Notes: a model not told the origin generated them from the letters alone. A DNA stretch of 64,000 bases from an uncultured Nitrososphaerales archaeon (GCA_963695855.1 CAVOHZ010000001.1:22898-86897), one strand, 5' to 3'; counted from the stretch's first letter, positions 1 to 11,122 are shown. Made by a program: numbers and translations.

Positions 1-85
1 ATATATTCACTTTCTTATGAAGACATCCGTTATATTTTCTTGTCTATAGTTATATAATCAAAATTATACCAGATATTTTTGGTTT

Positions 86-799
86 TTAGAATGGTATATT
101 CCATATAGGATACCATTGAGAATAGTCCTCTTCAAATGGTATTTCCTTTGAAATCTTGTTCATAATTTTCATTTCTGTCTGGTTATCTCTCTTTTTTTTT
201 TCATACTGAGATGTCATACCCGTAGGAACAAAAGGATAGAATTTGTCACGCTTATAATTATAGATAAGATATTGATTACTTTTATTATTAATTTTTATAT
301 CTTCAACGTCACCCGCGGCTTCCTGACCGTTACGATTTTCATATCCACTCGTGAACTCAAAAACGGCAGCTAGTAATTGTCGAGAGAATCCCTTTTCATG
401 AATAGTATCGCCAACAGCATTAATTCCTGCTACTAAATCTTCTATTTTTTGTCCATTTAATATAAACCAGAGATAATTATATTCATCAAGCAAAGAGTTA
501 AAGGAAAAGGACAGATTTTCATTCTTTTTTTCATTAGAAGCTATCCCGAGAAAATTTTCAACATATTTCTTCATATCGGTAAATGACTCTAGATTTACAT
601 CTTTGACACATATTCCACACCTTCCTGTACTTTTTATACCAAGCTCATCCTCTAATTTTAGAGATGCAGAAGATAAGGATGAGATAGAATCACTATCTAT
701 GTAAGAATTACTTATTTTGTCTTTTCTCTGATCGCTATCATACTGGCTACCTTTTATCATCTTTGTAAAAAATATCTTTATTTTGCGGAAAAAATTCAT
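86..799 (-). CDS. PspA-associated protein B (PspAB)-like conserved protein
   Basis: Motifs 'EDLVAGINAVGDTIHEKGFSRQLLAAVFEF', 'YLIYNYKRDKFYPFVP' and C-terminal 'WYPIWNIPF' resemble the archaeal/actinobacterial PspAB family; recognised from memory. Confidence 0.6.
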   Translation of the reverse strand: MNFFRKIKIFFTKMIKGSQYDSDQRKDKISNSYIDSDSISSLSSASLKLEDELGIKSTGRCGICVKDVNLESFTDMKKYVENFLGIASNEKKNENLSFSFNSLLDEYNYLWFILNGQKIEDLVAGINAVGDTIHEKGFSRQLLAAVFEFTSGYENRNGQEAAGDVEDIKINNKSNQYLIYNYKRDKFYPFVPTGMTSQYEKKKRDNQTEMKIMNKISKEIPFEEDYSQWYPIWNIPF

Positions 800-1379
800 T
801 AGTTTTGTATTAACACCTGCTCTATGTGAACTTATCTTTTATTACCTCGATCTCCCAGTATATAAAACTACCGTTGCATTTGTAACCTTAAGGTCTTTCA
901 TCAAACACTAAATCTAGACCATTCTGAAATGTTCAAGGCGTTTAGCGTTCGTGTCAATCTTTATATTTTCGTCAAATCAGCCAAAATAGAAGTTGACATT
1001 GAGATATACAAGATATGCTTTAATTCATTGAGGCGAAACCCAGAATATGAAAAGATCTTTAGATACTCATGAGAAACAAAAATTTCGCTTTCTCTATATC
1101 TGTTTTTAATTTAGGTTAAAACCTTCATTAAATAATCATAATCTAATGGGATTAGAGACTATGCCCAGGGAATTTTTTCGCAAACGTAAATGTGATTGTA
1201 AAATATTTCGTGCAAATCCAAATATTTGTATGGGTTATATGTCGGAAAAAAAATTGTGCGCTGTCAAGGGATTCGATTTTTTAAAGAAAGGTTAAACTCG
1301 TGATTGGCATTTAATAAAAAATTTTTGGGAATTCAAATAACGAGTCCTAACTGAATACCATACGACAGAAGAGTTCAAG

Positions 1380-2687
1380 TTATGAAAGTAGTTCACACAA
1401 ACTCTTAGGCATAATCTTTAAACATTCTGAATACATATCTTTATTTGGAGAAGGTGGTTGTGAATCATCGAACAATTCTATACCAGATGATCTAGAAATA
1501 TCCTGGTGAGTTGGTCTAGCGGTCAGCTGTAACTCGACATTAACAAATTTCTTGTCGCGGATTAAGGTTAAAATAACTTTGTCGCCCACTTTTTTCTCTT
1601 TTTCTAAATGAGTGAGTATATCATCTATTTTTCTAACCGGTTTTCCATCTATTCCAACAATTATATCTCCTTGAGCATCTATAAACTCCCCCCTGTTATT
1701 GTAAGATATAGTACCTTCACGCAGTCCCGACTTTTCTGCTGGACTACCTTGACTTATATCAGTAACTAGAAATCCGATCGTCTTTTCTAATCCAAACAGT
1801 TTTGCTAATTCAGGGGTAACGTCCATACCTATCACTCCAAGATATGGATGAGAATATTTTCCTGTTGCTATTATGGATTGAGTCACTTTCTTGACAATGT
1901 CAGATGGAACTGCAAATCCGATGCCCGAATACGAACCTGTATTTGAAAATATTGCAGAGTTAACTCCAATTACTTCCCCCTTTAAATTCAGAAGAGGTCC
2001 TCCCGAATTACCGGGATTTATGGCAGCATCTGTTTGTATCACATCAGGAATATTGAATGTAGTTTGTTGTGATGGTCCAAAAGGAGGCCCACTGCTATTT
2101 TCTTCCGACGATGGAAGTAATCTACCCAAACCACTTACTACACCTACAGTAAGGGATCCTGAAAGTCCAAACGGATTTCCAATCGCAACGACCGTATTTC
2201 CGACTTTTAGAGTAGATGAATTTCCTAATGGAAGCGGTATTAAATCAGAGGGAGAAGTATTAGAAATCTTTATAACAGCTAGATCGCTAAACTGGTCCTT
2301 TCCTACAATTTCTGCATTATATGTATTTCCGTTCGCGAAGGTGACAATATATTTAGCAAATTTTTGATCAATGGGAACAACGTGATTATTTGTTATTATA
2401 TGTCCTTTTTTGTCGAAAACAAAACCAGAACCTAACCCTTGTTCTAATCCCGAGGATGGATCAATAATTGTAATCTGAACAACAGAGTTGGATGCACGAG
2501 TAAATATCTCTTCAGGAGTTAAATCTAAAATATCTGTTGATTTTTCAAGTGACTTTGATATTTCTTGACCAAAGATTGGTTTATAATAATATATTGGTTC
2601 CAGAAATGCTAGCAAGCTAATTAGAAAAGTAATAGAAAAAATTATCAAGAAAACCCTAATATTCATGTAGTAATAGTTTTTGTACAT
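1380..2687 (-). CDS. htrA: HtrA/DegP-family serine protease with PDZ domain, N-terminal membrane anchor
   Basis: GSGF, TNNHVV, DLAVIK, IQTDAAINPGNSGGPL motifs; C-terminal PDZ (GSPAEKSGLREG...DIIVGIDG). Confidence 0.95.
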   Translation of the reverse strand: MYKNYYYMNIRVFLIIFSITFLISLLAFLEPIYYYKPIFGQEISKSLEKSTDILDLTPEEIFTRASNSVVQITIIDPSSGLEQGLGSGFVFDKKGHIITNNHVVPIDQKFAKYIVTFANGNTYNAEIVGKDQFSDLAVIKISNTSPSDLIPLPLGNSSTLKVGNTVVAIGNPFGLSGSLTVGVVSGLGRLLPSSEENSSGPPFGPSQQTTFNIPDVIQTDAAINPGNSGGPLLNLKGEVIGVNSAIFSNTGSYSGIGFAVPSDIVKKVTQSIIATGKYSHPYLGVIGMDVTPELAKLFGLEKTIGFLVTDISQGSPAEKSGLREGTISYNNRGEFIDAQGDIIVGIDGKPVRKIDDILTHLEKEKKVGDKVILTLIRDKKFVNVELQLTARPTHQDISRSSGIELFDDSQPPSPNKDMYSECLKIMPKSLCELLS

Positions 2688-3371
2688 TTATATATATGTG
2701 TTATGAGAAGGATAGGTGCCTGGAATAGGTACAAAAAATATATTTATTTTTTTCAATATTAAGAACGGCAATATTTTCGTATTGGATATATTTAGAAAAA
2801 GTATAATTTCTTAAGTCGAATAAATTGAGAGGCATATAACATTATGAGCAGTACGTTTTCAGAGACATATCCAGGTTAACTGGTTTTGGTAGGACGATGA
2901 AAACTCTGAAAGTAATAATATATAGCTTCAGAGGAGGTTACTTCTATCCAGAGGTTTTATATAGAATACCATATAAAAAATAAAAAACGTCGAAATGATT
3001 TTAAAATTGTACTGATTGTAAGTAAGGAAAAAATCAGTTCATATTCACGCAATGATAAATGTAGTAAGTATATCAGATGATGGTCAAGATAAAGTATTTT
3101 AAGATGATAGAAATAACGACATAACAAAAATGCGTGAACTAATAGACCAAGAAAAAAAGGATTATGCTGCTAATATTATAGTATTGTTACTTGGAAAAAG
3201 GCTAAGAGGATAAAGACCAAATAAATATCGGTAACAGCATGAGTCTATTGTTAATACCAACTTTGTTTTGGACCAGTGAGAAAAATAAATAAACGAAAAA
3301 ATTGTATTTATTAATTTAGTGAAGTATGATATTTCTAAAGTATAGATTTAAAAAATAAAAATGAAAAAAAA

Positions 3372-3764
3372 TTATCGAGATCTTCTAGACATGTCTCTCA
3401 ATGCTTCAAACAACTCGTTTTCATCTAATCCATCTGCCAGATTAATATTGGTATTTTGTTTGACAGCGTCTAATACTTGATCCGCAAAGTCATCCAATTT
3501 ATCTATATCTTTTATATTAGTTACTTCAGATAACTTTTTTAATAAATCATAACGATTGAAGTTTTCTTGGGTTGTTGTAAATGCTCTTCTCTGATTGTCA
3601 TCAAATTGGTCAGTGATATTCTTGGGCAATGAATGTAACAGTCCTGATGCAGCCTTGGGAGTTGATTTTTGAACGAACATTTTTGATGCTGCATTCACTG
3701 CGAGATTAGCTATCGAGGGATCGATTCCAAATGATTTTGCAAACGTTCCTATTAAACTATCCAT
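3372..3764 (-). CDS. hypothetical helical protein, paralog of the divergent gene at 4024
   Basis: 130-aa ORF sharing QKSTPKAASGLLHSLPKNITDQFDDNQRRAFTTT with its neighbour. Confidence 0.8.
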   Translation of the reverse strand: MDSLIGTFAKSFGIDPSIANLAVNAASKMFVQKSTPKAASGLLHSLPKNITDQFDDNQRRAFTTTQENFNRYDLLKKLSEVTNIKDIDKLDDFADQVLDAVKQNTNINLADGLDENELFEALRDMSRRSR

Positions 3765-4217
3765 ATCAAAATTTTACATTGCTTACTAATGAACTTTACT
3801 AGAATTTGCGTGAATGAAGAGATTTCGTGTATTCAAAATTGCATCAATTAACTAATTTGAATTATTATTATCCTACAAACTCGTTATCCTTCTAATGTCC
3901 AAGAGAAACTGGTCTACATATAGTGAATCCCTCGTGCAACGTGATCATATTCTGATGTATATTGGGTTTAAGCAGTCTTTTCTCCCTCGAAATACTTATT
4001 AATGTATATATTTTTAAAAGTTTATGAACAGTATAATTAGTAATTTAGCAGAATCATTAGGGATCGGCCCTGACGTGGCTAAATTTGCTATAGATGCTAC
4101 AACAAAAATATTCCTTCAAAAATCAACTCCCAAGGCTGCATCAGGACTGTTACATTCATTGCCCAAGAATATCACTGACCAATTTGATGACAATCAGAGA
4201 AGAGCATTTACAACAAC
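3571..4217. repeat. perfect 103-bp inverted repeat (3571-3673 / 4115-4217) inside two divergent paralogs
   Basis: Reverse complement of 3571-3673 equals 4115-4217 (ttcaaaaatcaactcccaaggctgc...gcatttacaacaac); flanking coding sequence is diverged. Confidence 0.95.
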
Positions 4218-4421
4218 TCATGAAGAGATTACGCGTGATGATTTGTTAAGAAAATTGTCTCAACAGGCATTAAAGAAATTGATAAATTGGATGAATTGGC
4301 TGATCAAACGTTAGATGCCTTGAGACAAAATGCCAATACTAATGGAAAGACAGATGATGATCGAGAAGAGTTATTTGCCGCTATCAAGGACCTTTATAGA
4401 GGAAAATCTCATATATCTTAA
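4024..4421 (+). pseudogene. frameshifted paralog of 3372-3764
   Basis: Called ORF stops at 4314, but similarity continues in another frame from ~4263 (TGIKEIDKLDELADQTLDALRQNANTN...EELFAAIKDLYRGKSHIS*) to TAA at 4419-4421. Confidence 0.8.
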
Positions 4422-4551
4422 ATAAATAATTAAATTAATAGAATTTATAGGAGATTTATTTAATTTATTTTTTTTAAAGCGCATCAAATTTTTTTTCAAT
4501 TTTTAAAATTCCTATTTTAAAATATGGAGAATTACGGCTTTGTCTACGGGA

Positions 4552-5343
4552 TCATTTTAAGAATCCAAATATGTTGGAAGAAGGATCTTCTGTTCCATTA
4601 TCCTGATCTTCTCGGCTACCTTGTTTAGCTACTAAATCAGTATTTAGATTTTTCAATTCAGATGTTTTTTGTTGGTCTAGGGTATTGGTGACTTTTGATT
4701 CTGACTTACTGGAATTGTTTATGATTTCACAATCCTTATTCGGGATGACATCACCTTCTGTCTGATTAAAATCAATGATTGTGTCCCCTCCATTATTGCA
4801 AATAAATTTATCTTGTCCTGGACCTCCAATCAATGTATCATTACCGCTGCCTCCCACTAATACGTCATTACCCTTGTCTCCAAATAATTTATCATTTCCT
4901 TTTCCACCATCTAGATGATCGTCACCAGTTTTTCCACGTAAGAAGTCTCTTCCATCTCCTCCATAAATCACATCAGATCCGTTTCCACCACTTACGTCGT
5001 CGCCTGCTTCTATCCCATAGAGAGTATCATTTCCTCCAAGTCCTTTAATAGTATCCTGATTAATGGTACCAGTAATATTATCTGCGTTCTCTGTTCCGTT
5101 TATCTCTTCAGGGAATATCAATCTAAAGAAATCAGTATAACTTTTCGGATGTTTTTGACCATAATCTTCTGTTTCAATATCTGGTAGGAAAAAAAGTGTA
5201 AATGAGATAGAAATCCCAACCAAAATGCTGAAAAAAAATCGTAACTCACCAGTTTGAAATAAATTCGATCTACGTGATCTTGATGTTAAAAAAATTTTAA
5301 AAGAATCTTCACGATTTACTTGTTTCTTTCTTTCTTTTTTCAT
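4552..5343 (-). CDS. membrane-anchored protein with hemolysin-type (RTX) calcium-binding repeats
   Basis: Tandem GGxGxDxLx nonapeptides (GGNGSDVIY, GGDGRDFLR, GGKGNDKLF, GGSGNDTLI, GGPGQDKFI); N-terminal hydrophobic segment. Confidence 0.9.
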   Translation of the reverse strand: MKKERKKQVNREDSFKIFLTSRSRRSNLFQTGELRFFFSILVGISISFTLFFLPDIETEDYGQKHPKSYTDFFRLIFPEEINGTENADNITGTINQDTIKGLGGNDTLYGIEAGDDVSGGNGSDVIYGGDGRDFLRGKTGDDHLDGGKGNDKLFGDKGNDVLVGGSGNDTLIGGPGQDKFICNNGGDTIIDFNQTEGDVIPNKDCEIINNSSKSESKVTNTLDQQKTSELKNLNTDLVAKQGSREDQDNGTEDPSSNIFGFLK

Positions 5344-5454
5344 AAGTTACATCTTTGGGACAACGCTATTTTAATTAAGAGATTATTTCTTTATCTAGAA
5401 AAATACCGGGTAGTGACTTTTAGATTTAAATTATCCTTTTCAAATACATCTACT

Positions 5455-5778
5455 ATGTCTGAAGAAGCACATGAAAATGTTACGGAAACACAACCCAACC
5501 AAGTTCAATTGAGAGATGCAATATACATTGGTAAAAAACCATTAATGGCATACGTTACATCAACATTAATTCAACTCGCGAACCAACCTATAGTAACAAT
5601 AAAGGCAAGAGGATTGAGTATAGGAAGAGCAGTAGACGTATCTCAAATCATACTTAAGAGAATGGAAAACGCTGGTTATGTGATAGGAGATGTGAAGATT
5701 GGTTCTGAAACCGTACAATCTGAAGACGGAAGAACTAGAAATGTCTCAACCATAGAAATAGAAGTCAAAAGGACATAA
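5455..5778 (+). CDS. albA: DNA/RNA-binding protein Alba
   Basis: IYIGKKPLMAYV, IKARGLSIGRAVDV, VSTIEI; start moved to ATG 5455 (MSEEAH). Confidence 0.95.
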   Translation: MSEEAHENVTETQPNQVQLRDAIYIGKKPLMAYVTSTLIQLANQPIVTIKARGLSIGRAVDVSQIILKRMENAGYVIGDVKIGSETVQSEDGRTRNVSTIEIEVKRT

Positions 5779-5889
5779 GATAGCCAATAGTTAGTTAATT
5801 AGTTAGTTAATAAAACTAACATCAATTTTTGGATTTTGGATCAGTCTTTATATCTTTTCAGTTTTTATTGTGATTTGAAAATGATTTAA

Positions 5890-6570
5890 ATGGATAAAAT
5901 TGCAGCACTGTACCTTGCGCATCTTAACCCTTTTACAAAAGCTCATGAGGAAATAATAAACAGGCTGAAAAAAAAATATACGGTATATATCTTCCCCGTG
6001 AGATTTTTATTAAATGGCAAAGAAATCAACACTAGAAGTTTTCCTTTTTCGTATGAGTTAAGAAAATTCATGATCAGGGAGGTATTTCCTAATGATACTA
6101 ATATTGTTATATCTCCAAATTATACTTTTTACTCACCATTCATTAAATATTTTCCACCAATTTTCTCACCCTATTCGTGGAAGATAAGAGAACAAGTAGT
6201 AAATACAATCTCTGAAAAGAACTTTATCTCATATACAGGTGACCCTGTGGAACGATATTTACTTAGAGTATATAGATTCAATCCAATCAAAGCAAAGAGG
6301 CTCCCTATTTCTGCGAGCCATATCAAGGAGCTAATCTATAAAGAAGCTACTGGCGTCAGATCCAGAAACAAGAATACTGCCAGAAACAAGAATACTGAAA
6401 GCAGCAAAAGAGAAAATCTGAACGAACGTGAAATGTGGGAAGAGGAAGTACCAACTAGGGTAGTGAAGATAATCAAAGAAAATTGGAGTGTTATCGACAA
6501 GTATGCAACTGCACAGGATGAAACAATAAAAATATTAGGAGTAAAATTTCCGAGGAGAGGTTTTTTTTAG
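5890..6570 (+). CDS. cytidylyltransferase-like (HIGH-type) nucleotidyltransferase
   Basis: HLNPFTKAH motif and ISASHIKE (ISSTxIR-like) motif. Confidence 0.65.
   Translation: MDKIAALYLAHLNPFTKAHEEIINRLKKKYTVYIFPVRFLLNGKEINTRSFPFSYELRKFMIREVFPNDTNIVISPNYTFYSPFIKYFPPIFSPYSWKIREQVVNTISEKNFISYTGDPVERYLLRVYRFNPIKAKRLPISASHIKELIYKEATGVRSRNKNTARNKNTESSKRENLNEREMWEEEVPTRVVKIIKENWSVIDKYATAQDETIKILGVKFPRRGFF
6362..6397 (+). repeat. 18-bp in-frame tandem duplication
   Basis: ccagaaacaagaatactg x2, encoding RNKNT twice. Confidence 0.9.
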
Positions 6571-6617
6571 CATACTAAATAAACCTTTATTAATTCTCTA
6601 ATTTACGTTTCTTAAAT

Positions 6618-7541
6618 ATGAAAACTAAAGGAGCTCAGTATGTGTGGCTTAATGGAGAGTTTGTTGAATGGGATAAGGCCCAAGTTCCAATAACAACTCA
6701 TGCATTACATTACGGAACTTCCGTTTTTGAGGGGATTAGAGCTTATAGTTCTAAAGACAATCTATATATTTTTAAATTAAAAGAACATGTAGAAAGGGTA
6801 TTTCAGTCTGCTTCAATCTATTCAATCACTATTAATCATTCTATAGAAGAGGTAATGAATGGAATAGTAGAATTACTTCAAAAATGTAACATGAGACAAT
6901 CTTGTTATATTAGACCAATTACGTTTGTAGGAACGCATGGTATAGATCTTAATGTAAACGTGAGATCTCCGACTCATACTGTAATCATAGTTTTTCCATT
7001 TGATAAATACTTTAGTGCTGAAGGGATCAAAGTAGGAATTTCTTCTTGGAGAAGAATCCATGATTCTTCCACACCACCGATAGCAAAGGCAGGAGGAAAT
7101 TATCTGAATTCGGTATTGGCAACACAAGAATGCAAGAGAAATGGATATGACGAAGCAATAATGTTAGATAGAGAAGGAAATGTAAGCGAGGCTCCAGGGG
7201 AGAATATATTTATTCTTAGAAACAACGTCATTCATACTCCCGATATGTCTTCATCAATCTTGGAAGGCATAACAAGGGATACTGTCATAACACTAGCAAG
7301 AGATCTAGGTTATGAAATAGTACAAAGACCTATATCCCGTACTGAACTATATATTGCGGATGAAATCTTTCTCACAGGAACAGCGGCAGAGATAGTAGGC
7401 GTAATAAGCGTAGATGGGAAGGAAATTAGCAAAGGTAAAGAAGGACAGATAACAAGGTCAATACGGGATTTATACCAAAAGATAGTTTCAGCAAGTAGTC
7501 CAAACGAAAAGTACCGTCAATGGGTCACACCAGTATGGTAA
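6618..7541 (+). CDS. ilvE: branched-chain amino acid aminotransferase
   Basis: THALHYGTSVFEGIRAY, YIRP, AKAGGNYLNS, EAPGENIF, ILEGITR, FLTGTAAEI. Confidence 0.95.
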   Translation: MKTKGAQYVWLNGEFVEWDKAQVPITTHALHYGTSVFEGIRAYSSKDNLYIFKLKEHVERVFQSASIYSITINHSIEEVMNGIVELLQKCNMRQSCYIRPITFVGTHGIDLNVNVRSPTHTVIIVFPFDKYFSAEGIKVGISSWRRIHDSSTPPIAKAGGNYLNSVLATQECKRNGYDEAIMLDREGNVSEAPGENIFILRNNVIHTPDMSSSILEGITRDTVITLARDLGYEIVQRPISRTELYIADEIFLTGTAAEIVGVISVDGKEISKGKEGQITRSIRDLYQKIVSASSPNEKYRQWVTPVW

Positions 7542-7610
7542 TAAGATTTACAAATGACAAGATAAAAGGAAGAAAACATATTTCAGAAAAATAAAAAAAT
7601 AGATACCATA

Positions 7611-8624
7611 ATGACACTCACGGAGGAAAAATCAATAGGTCTACCAAAGAAAAAGACAGAAGAGAAAGCAAGGATAGCAATTATAGGAGTTGGAGGATGG
7701 GGAAAAAATCATGTTAGAGTCCTTCATGATATCGGGGTACTAAGAAGTATTTGCGATACCGATATTAATAGAGCAAAGCTTCTCGCTGAAAAATATGATG
7801 TTAATTACTTTGACTCAGTCGAAGATATGATAAATTCTGAAAAATTGGATGGATGTCTTGTCTGCACACCCACAAAAACACATCATATTGTTTCAAAAAA
7901 ATTAATGGAGAATAAGATAAATGTATTCGTTGAAAAACCCCTGTCCTACTCGTTTAAGGAATGTGAAGAGATGATAGAAACTGCAAAAAAAAATAAAGTA
8001 ATTCTGACCTGTGGATATATTGAAAGATTCAATCCCGCAGTACAAGACGTGAAAAAAATACTCGTAGAAAAAACTTATGGTGATTTATTAATGATGGAAT
8101 TTCATAGGGAAAACAGAATGCCATTACATATCAAGGATGTAGGAATAATCTACGACACATCAGTACATGACATCGATACTGCAATATACCTTTTCGGAAT
8201 GAAACCGCATGTTGTCTTCGCTCGTTCTGGAAAAATATTTCATTCATTTGAGGACTTTTCAACAATAATTCTTGGCTTTGGGATTGATAAAGTTGCAGTA
8301 ATATCATCTAACTGGATTACACCCAAAAAAGTTAGAAAATTTAGTGCTGTTTGTACTGATGGGATAATTAATGGCGATTTCATAAAACAGGAGATAACAA
8401 TCGAAGACGAAAGATCCTCCATTACCCCAAGAAGATTAAATCTTGTTGAACCTCTTTCACTGGAATTAAATAGTTTTGTTAATGTAATAGAGGGAAGGAA
8501 AAATGAGCCTGAGGTTTCTCCAATGGAAGCAGCAAATGTAACAAAAATAGCTGAAGCTGCAATTTTATCCAGTAAAACTGGAGCACCAATATATTTGAAT
8601 TTGGAGAATGGTAGACACAGATGA
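7611..8624 (+). CDS. Gfo/Idh/MocA oxidoreductase (WbpB/WlbA-like UDP-sugar 3-dehydrogenase)
   Basis: IGVGGWGKNH, VEKP, GYIERFNPAV, DTSVHDID; near a hexapeptide acetyltransferase. Confidence 0.85.
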   Translation: MTLTEEKSIGLPKKKTEEKARIAIIGVGGWGKNHVRVLHDIGVLRSICDTDINRAKLLAEKYDVNYFDSVEDMINSEKLDGCLVCTPTKTHHIVSKKLMENKINVFVEKPLSYSFKECEEMIETAKKNKVILTCGYIERFNPAVQDVKKILVEKTYGDLLMMEFHRENRMPLHIKDVGIIYDTSVHDIDTAIYLFGMKPHVVFARSGKIFHSFEDFSTIILGFGIDKVAVISSNWITPKKVRKFSAVCTDGIINGDFIKQEITIEDERSSITPRRLNLVEPLSLELNSFVNVIEGRKNEPEVSPMEAANVTKIAEAAILSSKTGAPIYLNLENGRHR

Positions 8625-9028
8625 AAAGAAACATCTTAGATATCTTGGCATGTCCAATCGACAAACATTATCCTCTTGAATTGATAGAGTTGGATACTAA
8701 AGAAGAAATTTACGAAATTAGAGAAAATAAGAAAAAAGGAATAGAAAACGATGAAAAAAATATTCAAAAAAACAATAATAACAATGATGTTGCTTTCAGA
8801 GATAGCCGATTATCTGAGGAGTACACCCGTCAAGATAAGGCTATTGTAATTGTTGATGGTATTTTATACTGTGATAAATGTGTCCGTTTCTATCCTATAA
8901 TAGACGAGATACCTATTATGTTACCCGATGAGTTAAGAGAAAAAGAAAAAGATTTGGAATTTCTATCAAAATGGAAAGACAATATACCTGAAAAGATTCT
9001 AAAATATGCAAATCCTTGGCACCTATAA
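8621..9028 (+). CDS. Trm112-family protein
   Basis: LDILACPIDK...GILYCDKCVRFYPIIDEIPIMLPDE. Confidence 0.9.
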   Translation: MKRNILDILACPIDKHYPLELIELDTKEEIYEIRENKKKGIENDEKNIQKNNNNNDVAFRDSRLSEEYTRQDKAIVIVDGILYCDKCVRFYPIIDEIPIMLPDELREKEKDLEFLSKWKDNIPEKILKYANPWHL

Positions 9029-9098
9029 TAAAGATATAAAAATAATAATACTTACCTAAAAGGTAGGAACAGAGAAGGATAGAGATGAAATATTAAAA

Positions 9099-9701
9099 AT
9101 GAGCAGGAATAATAAAGAAAAGAAAAAGAAAATTGAATCAAAGAAGAGGAACAGTATCTCAGAAAATATTACCGGAAAAAATACAAAAAAGAAGCAGAAA
9201 ATATCTCAAGATGAAAAAAGATTTGTTACTCATTATATTTCTGATACAGCAAAGATTGGAAAGAATGTAAAGATTTGGCATTATTCATATGTTGGAGATA
9301 ATACAGAAATTGGAAAGAATGTTATGATTGGTTCTCTTGTACATATAGATTACAATGTAAAAATAGGCGATAATACTAGGATTGAAGGGTCTGTATATAT
9401 TCCTCCACTCACTGTCATAGGAAAGAATGTATTCATAGGACCTGGAGCTACATTTACTAATGATCCTTATCCAATGAGTCCTAAGATGATTGGAACCGTA
9501 GTGAATGATGGGGCAATAATTGCTGCGAGAGCAGTAATAAAACCGGGAATCCTAATAGGAAAAAATTCTGTTGTAGGAATGGGTTCTGTTGTTACCAAAG
9601 ATGTACTTGAAGAAACTGTGGTGATAGGACATCCCGCTATAGTTGTTTATTCTAGAAAAGAATATGATAAGAAAAAGTCAGAATGGGAATCAAAGAAGTA
9701 A
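9099..9701 (+). CDS. hexapeptide-repeat N-acetyltransferase (WbpD/WlbB-like)
   Basis: IGKNVKIWH, IGPGATFTNDPYP, GMGSVVTKDV...VIGHPA. Confidence 0.9.
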   Translation: MSRNNKEKKKKIESKKRNSISENITGKNTKKKQKISQDEKRFVTHYISDTAKIGKNVKIWHYSYVGDNTEIGKNVMIGSLVHIDYNVKIGDNTRIEGSVYIPPLTVIGKNVFIGPGATFTNDPYPMSPKMIGTVVNDGAIIAARAVIKPGILIGKNSVVGMGSVVTKDVLEETVVIGHPAIVVYSRKEYDKKKSEWESKK

Positions 9702-9836
9702 ATAAAAAGAAAACTAAAGAGTATAAAACAAAAACATCACAATGGATTTTATCATATATTGATATGTTCTTTATTTAAAAATTGCAAGATCTCTTGTTGT
9801 TAATTTTTTAGCATACTTGGGTTGTTAAGTTAATAT

Positions 9837-11054
9837 TCAATATCTCTCAACATTTATCAGATCAGAATTAACCTCACAAATGGGATTTGCCTTTATGACT
9901 ATTGAATCGACATTATTGCCTTTAGTTATGAGATGATAATCCGTTTTAGAACAGGCAATAAAGATTGTAGTCTTGTCACTAGGATAATTGTCCAGACTAT
10001 TCCCTCCGCCATGCTCAACCTCGCCTATATAATCCCTCATTCGAGATTCTAATAATAAAGATATATCGATTTTATCGCCTCGCATTTCAAAAAAATCTAA
10101 TGTCCAAAAAATTGAAATTTTGGTTTTACTTGCTTTCAATTCCTTCTTTTTTAGCAGGTAACGGATTTTATCTATCAAATTTTTCAGGTAGCTTTCTATG
10201 CTCTTAATGGTACCGTTAACCAGATATATCAATGGATTATTTCCTTGCAAGGAATGTTGAATTATCCTTAGATCATGTAATCCATTTGTAATATCATCTA
10301 GATATAGATCTTTGTAAAAATTATCGATTATTTGGTTATCACCTTCGTAGCTACTTGCATATTTACAAACTTCCAATACACTGGCAATACCAGAATAATG
10401 TCTTAGTATCCTGGAAACATAAGTCAATTCGGCAGATACAATATTTGTCAGATGTATCGGTTGATTGTTAATAATCTGGAGTATCTTTTCAAGGAATAAA
10501 TCTTTTCTTGTATTAAAACCTCCTACTACCGTATTAGATGAGAGAATCGGTCCAGAGTTAATTGGCATATAATAATAAGGGATATTATCTCCGACCATCA
10601 TTCCGGTAGTATGTTCCAATATATCGATATTTTCATGATTTCCACCAATCCCAGTTGGAAGTGTATATATAATTGAGGTATCTCTATCGATCGATCTAAT
10701 GGCATCTATAAATTTAGAAGAAATATCGATTTTTACATCTTGACCTATTTTCCTTATTTTTGGAGAAAAGAATAGGTAAGAAGCATTACCTATGATATCG
10801 TTTGAAGGTTGAATTGGAAGTAACGGCTCGTCCTCTATAAGATCACATACTGTAGCATAGGTTCTTGCAATATCATTGTTTAAAGTTATCCCCATCTTTG
10901 ATGCTTCATCTATAATAGAAACTTTATAGCCAGCACTGACAAGCGATGTAGCAAAATTATAGCCCTCAGTACTTAATCCAAATATAGCTAATTCTGGGGA
11001 CGGGGGCAATTTTACAATAAAATATGAAATTTCCTCCTTAGTAAAGTTATTCAT
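9837..11054 (-). CDS. divergent nucleotide-sugar dehydrogenase-like protein (WbpA/WecC-like fold)
   Basis: Rossmann-like AIFGLSTEG, 'SAELTYV' resembling the AELxK motif; gene context. Confidence 0.5.
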   Translation of the reverse strand: MNNFTKEEISYFIVKLPPSPELAIFGLSTEGYNFATSLVSAGYKVSIIDEASKMGITLNNDIARTYATVCDLIEDEPLLPIQPSNDIIGNASYLFFSPKIRKIGQDVKIDISSKFIDAIRSIDRDTSIIYTLPTGIGGNHENIDILEHTTGMMVGDNIPYYYMPINSGPILSSNTVVGGFNTRKDLFLEKILQIINNQPIHLTNIVSAELTYVSRILRHYSGIASVLEVCKYASSYEGDNQIIDNFYKDLYLDDITNGLHDLRIIQHSLQGNNPLIYLVNGTIKSIESYLKNLIDKIRYLLKKKELKASKTKISIFWTLDFFEMRGDKIDISLLLESRMRDYIGEVEHGGGNSLDNYPSDKTTIFIACSKTDYHLITKGNNVDSIVIKANPICEVNSDLINVERY

Positions 11055-11122
11055 TTTTTTTACCTAATTTTTTTATGGCAGAGGATGAATGCATAAACTA
11101 ATTTTCTTTCAGATTCATCTTC

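Noticed and set aside
1891-2367. 158-aa plus-strand ORF and similar antisense ORFs (4833, 6873, 15761, 17410, 30959, 38704, 40123, 43236, 48944, 51497, 54619)
   Set aside because: Shadow frames opposite well-supported genes, with no motifs of their own.
5320-5454. N-terminal extension of Alba in the ORF track
   Set aside because: Overlaps the divergent gene and promoter; ATG 5455 gives a normal Alba.
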